Positions 63,854-64,000 of a stretch of DNA of 64,000 nt are shown here, piece after piece. The stretch comes from Octopus sinensis (lineage: Eukaryota). The first letter of the stretch is position 1; the number at the start of each line of letters is the position of its first letter. The notes under the pieces are model-generated. The model made no database searches and was not told the DNA's origin. It was given only the letters and a program-made list of their open reading frames with translations. The stretch is taken from positions 63,426,001 through 63,490,000 of the forward strand of contig NC_042999.1 of assembly GCF_006345805.1 (NCBI RefSeq). Reading direction: 5' to 3'. Both the position numbers and the translations under genes were made by a program.

Positions 63854-64000
63854 AGATAGATAGATAGATAGATAGATAAGTTTCTTTATCGGCCACACAG
63901 GGCTGCACACAGATGGGACAAGTTACAAGGTAGAGCTTTCTTTTGGGGGATGAAAAAAAAGTGGGGGTGTCGTAGGTTTTCGATCAAGAGGGATCGTAAA
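63854..64000 (-). mobile_element. 3' end of a second Tx1 copy with (TATC)n tail, in tandem upstream of the first
   Basis: 63875-64000 is homologous to 62055-62170. Confidence 0.85.

Overview
AT-rich, microsatellite-dense animal genomic DNA, inferred to be an octopod cephalopod from the SINE families and simple-repeat load. There is one 100-N scaffold gap at 40138-40237. Two spliced host genes are supported by phase-compatible exons. The first is a + strand type I membrane protein (discoidin/F5-8-like domain, Thr-rich mucin stalk, CxCxC motif, C-terminal TM), with exons at 7943-8148, 13163-13274, 19354-19725 and 24232-24503. The second is a - strand calmodulin-like EF-hand protein, with exons at 38729-38932 and 29716-29944; its first exon was not found. 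The rest is mostly retroelement and DNA-transposon debris: Penelope-like, RTE, CR1, R4/Dong and Tx1-type LINEs, three tRNA-derived SINE families, mariner/Tc1, hAT, pogo, Helitron and Helentron. The most notable signal is a roughly 600-bp head-to-tail array at 41974-44867 with an inverted terminal copy at 44868-45319. Every unit carries an intact type I hammerhead ribozyme, making it a candidate retrozyme-like (circular RNA-producing) system. Further dispersed hammerheads occur, including a two-copy variant with a non-canonical CUGUGGA core. All alignments, folds and coordinates were done by eye; no database searches or folding programs were run, and repeat boundaries are approximate.
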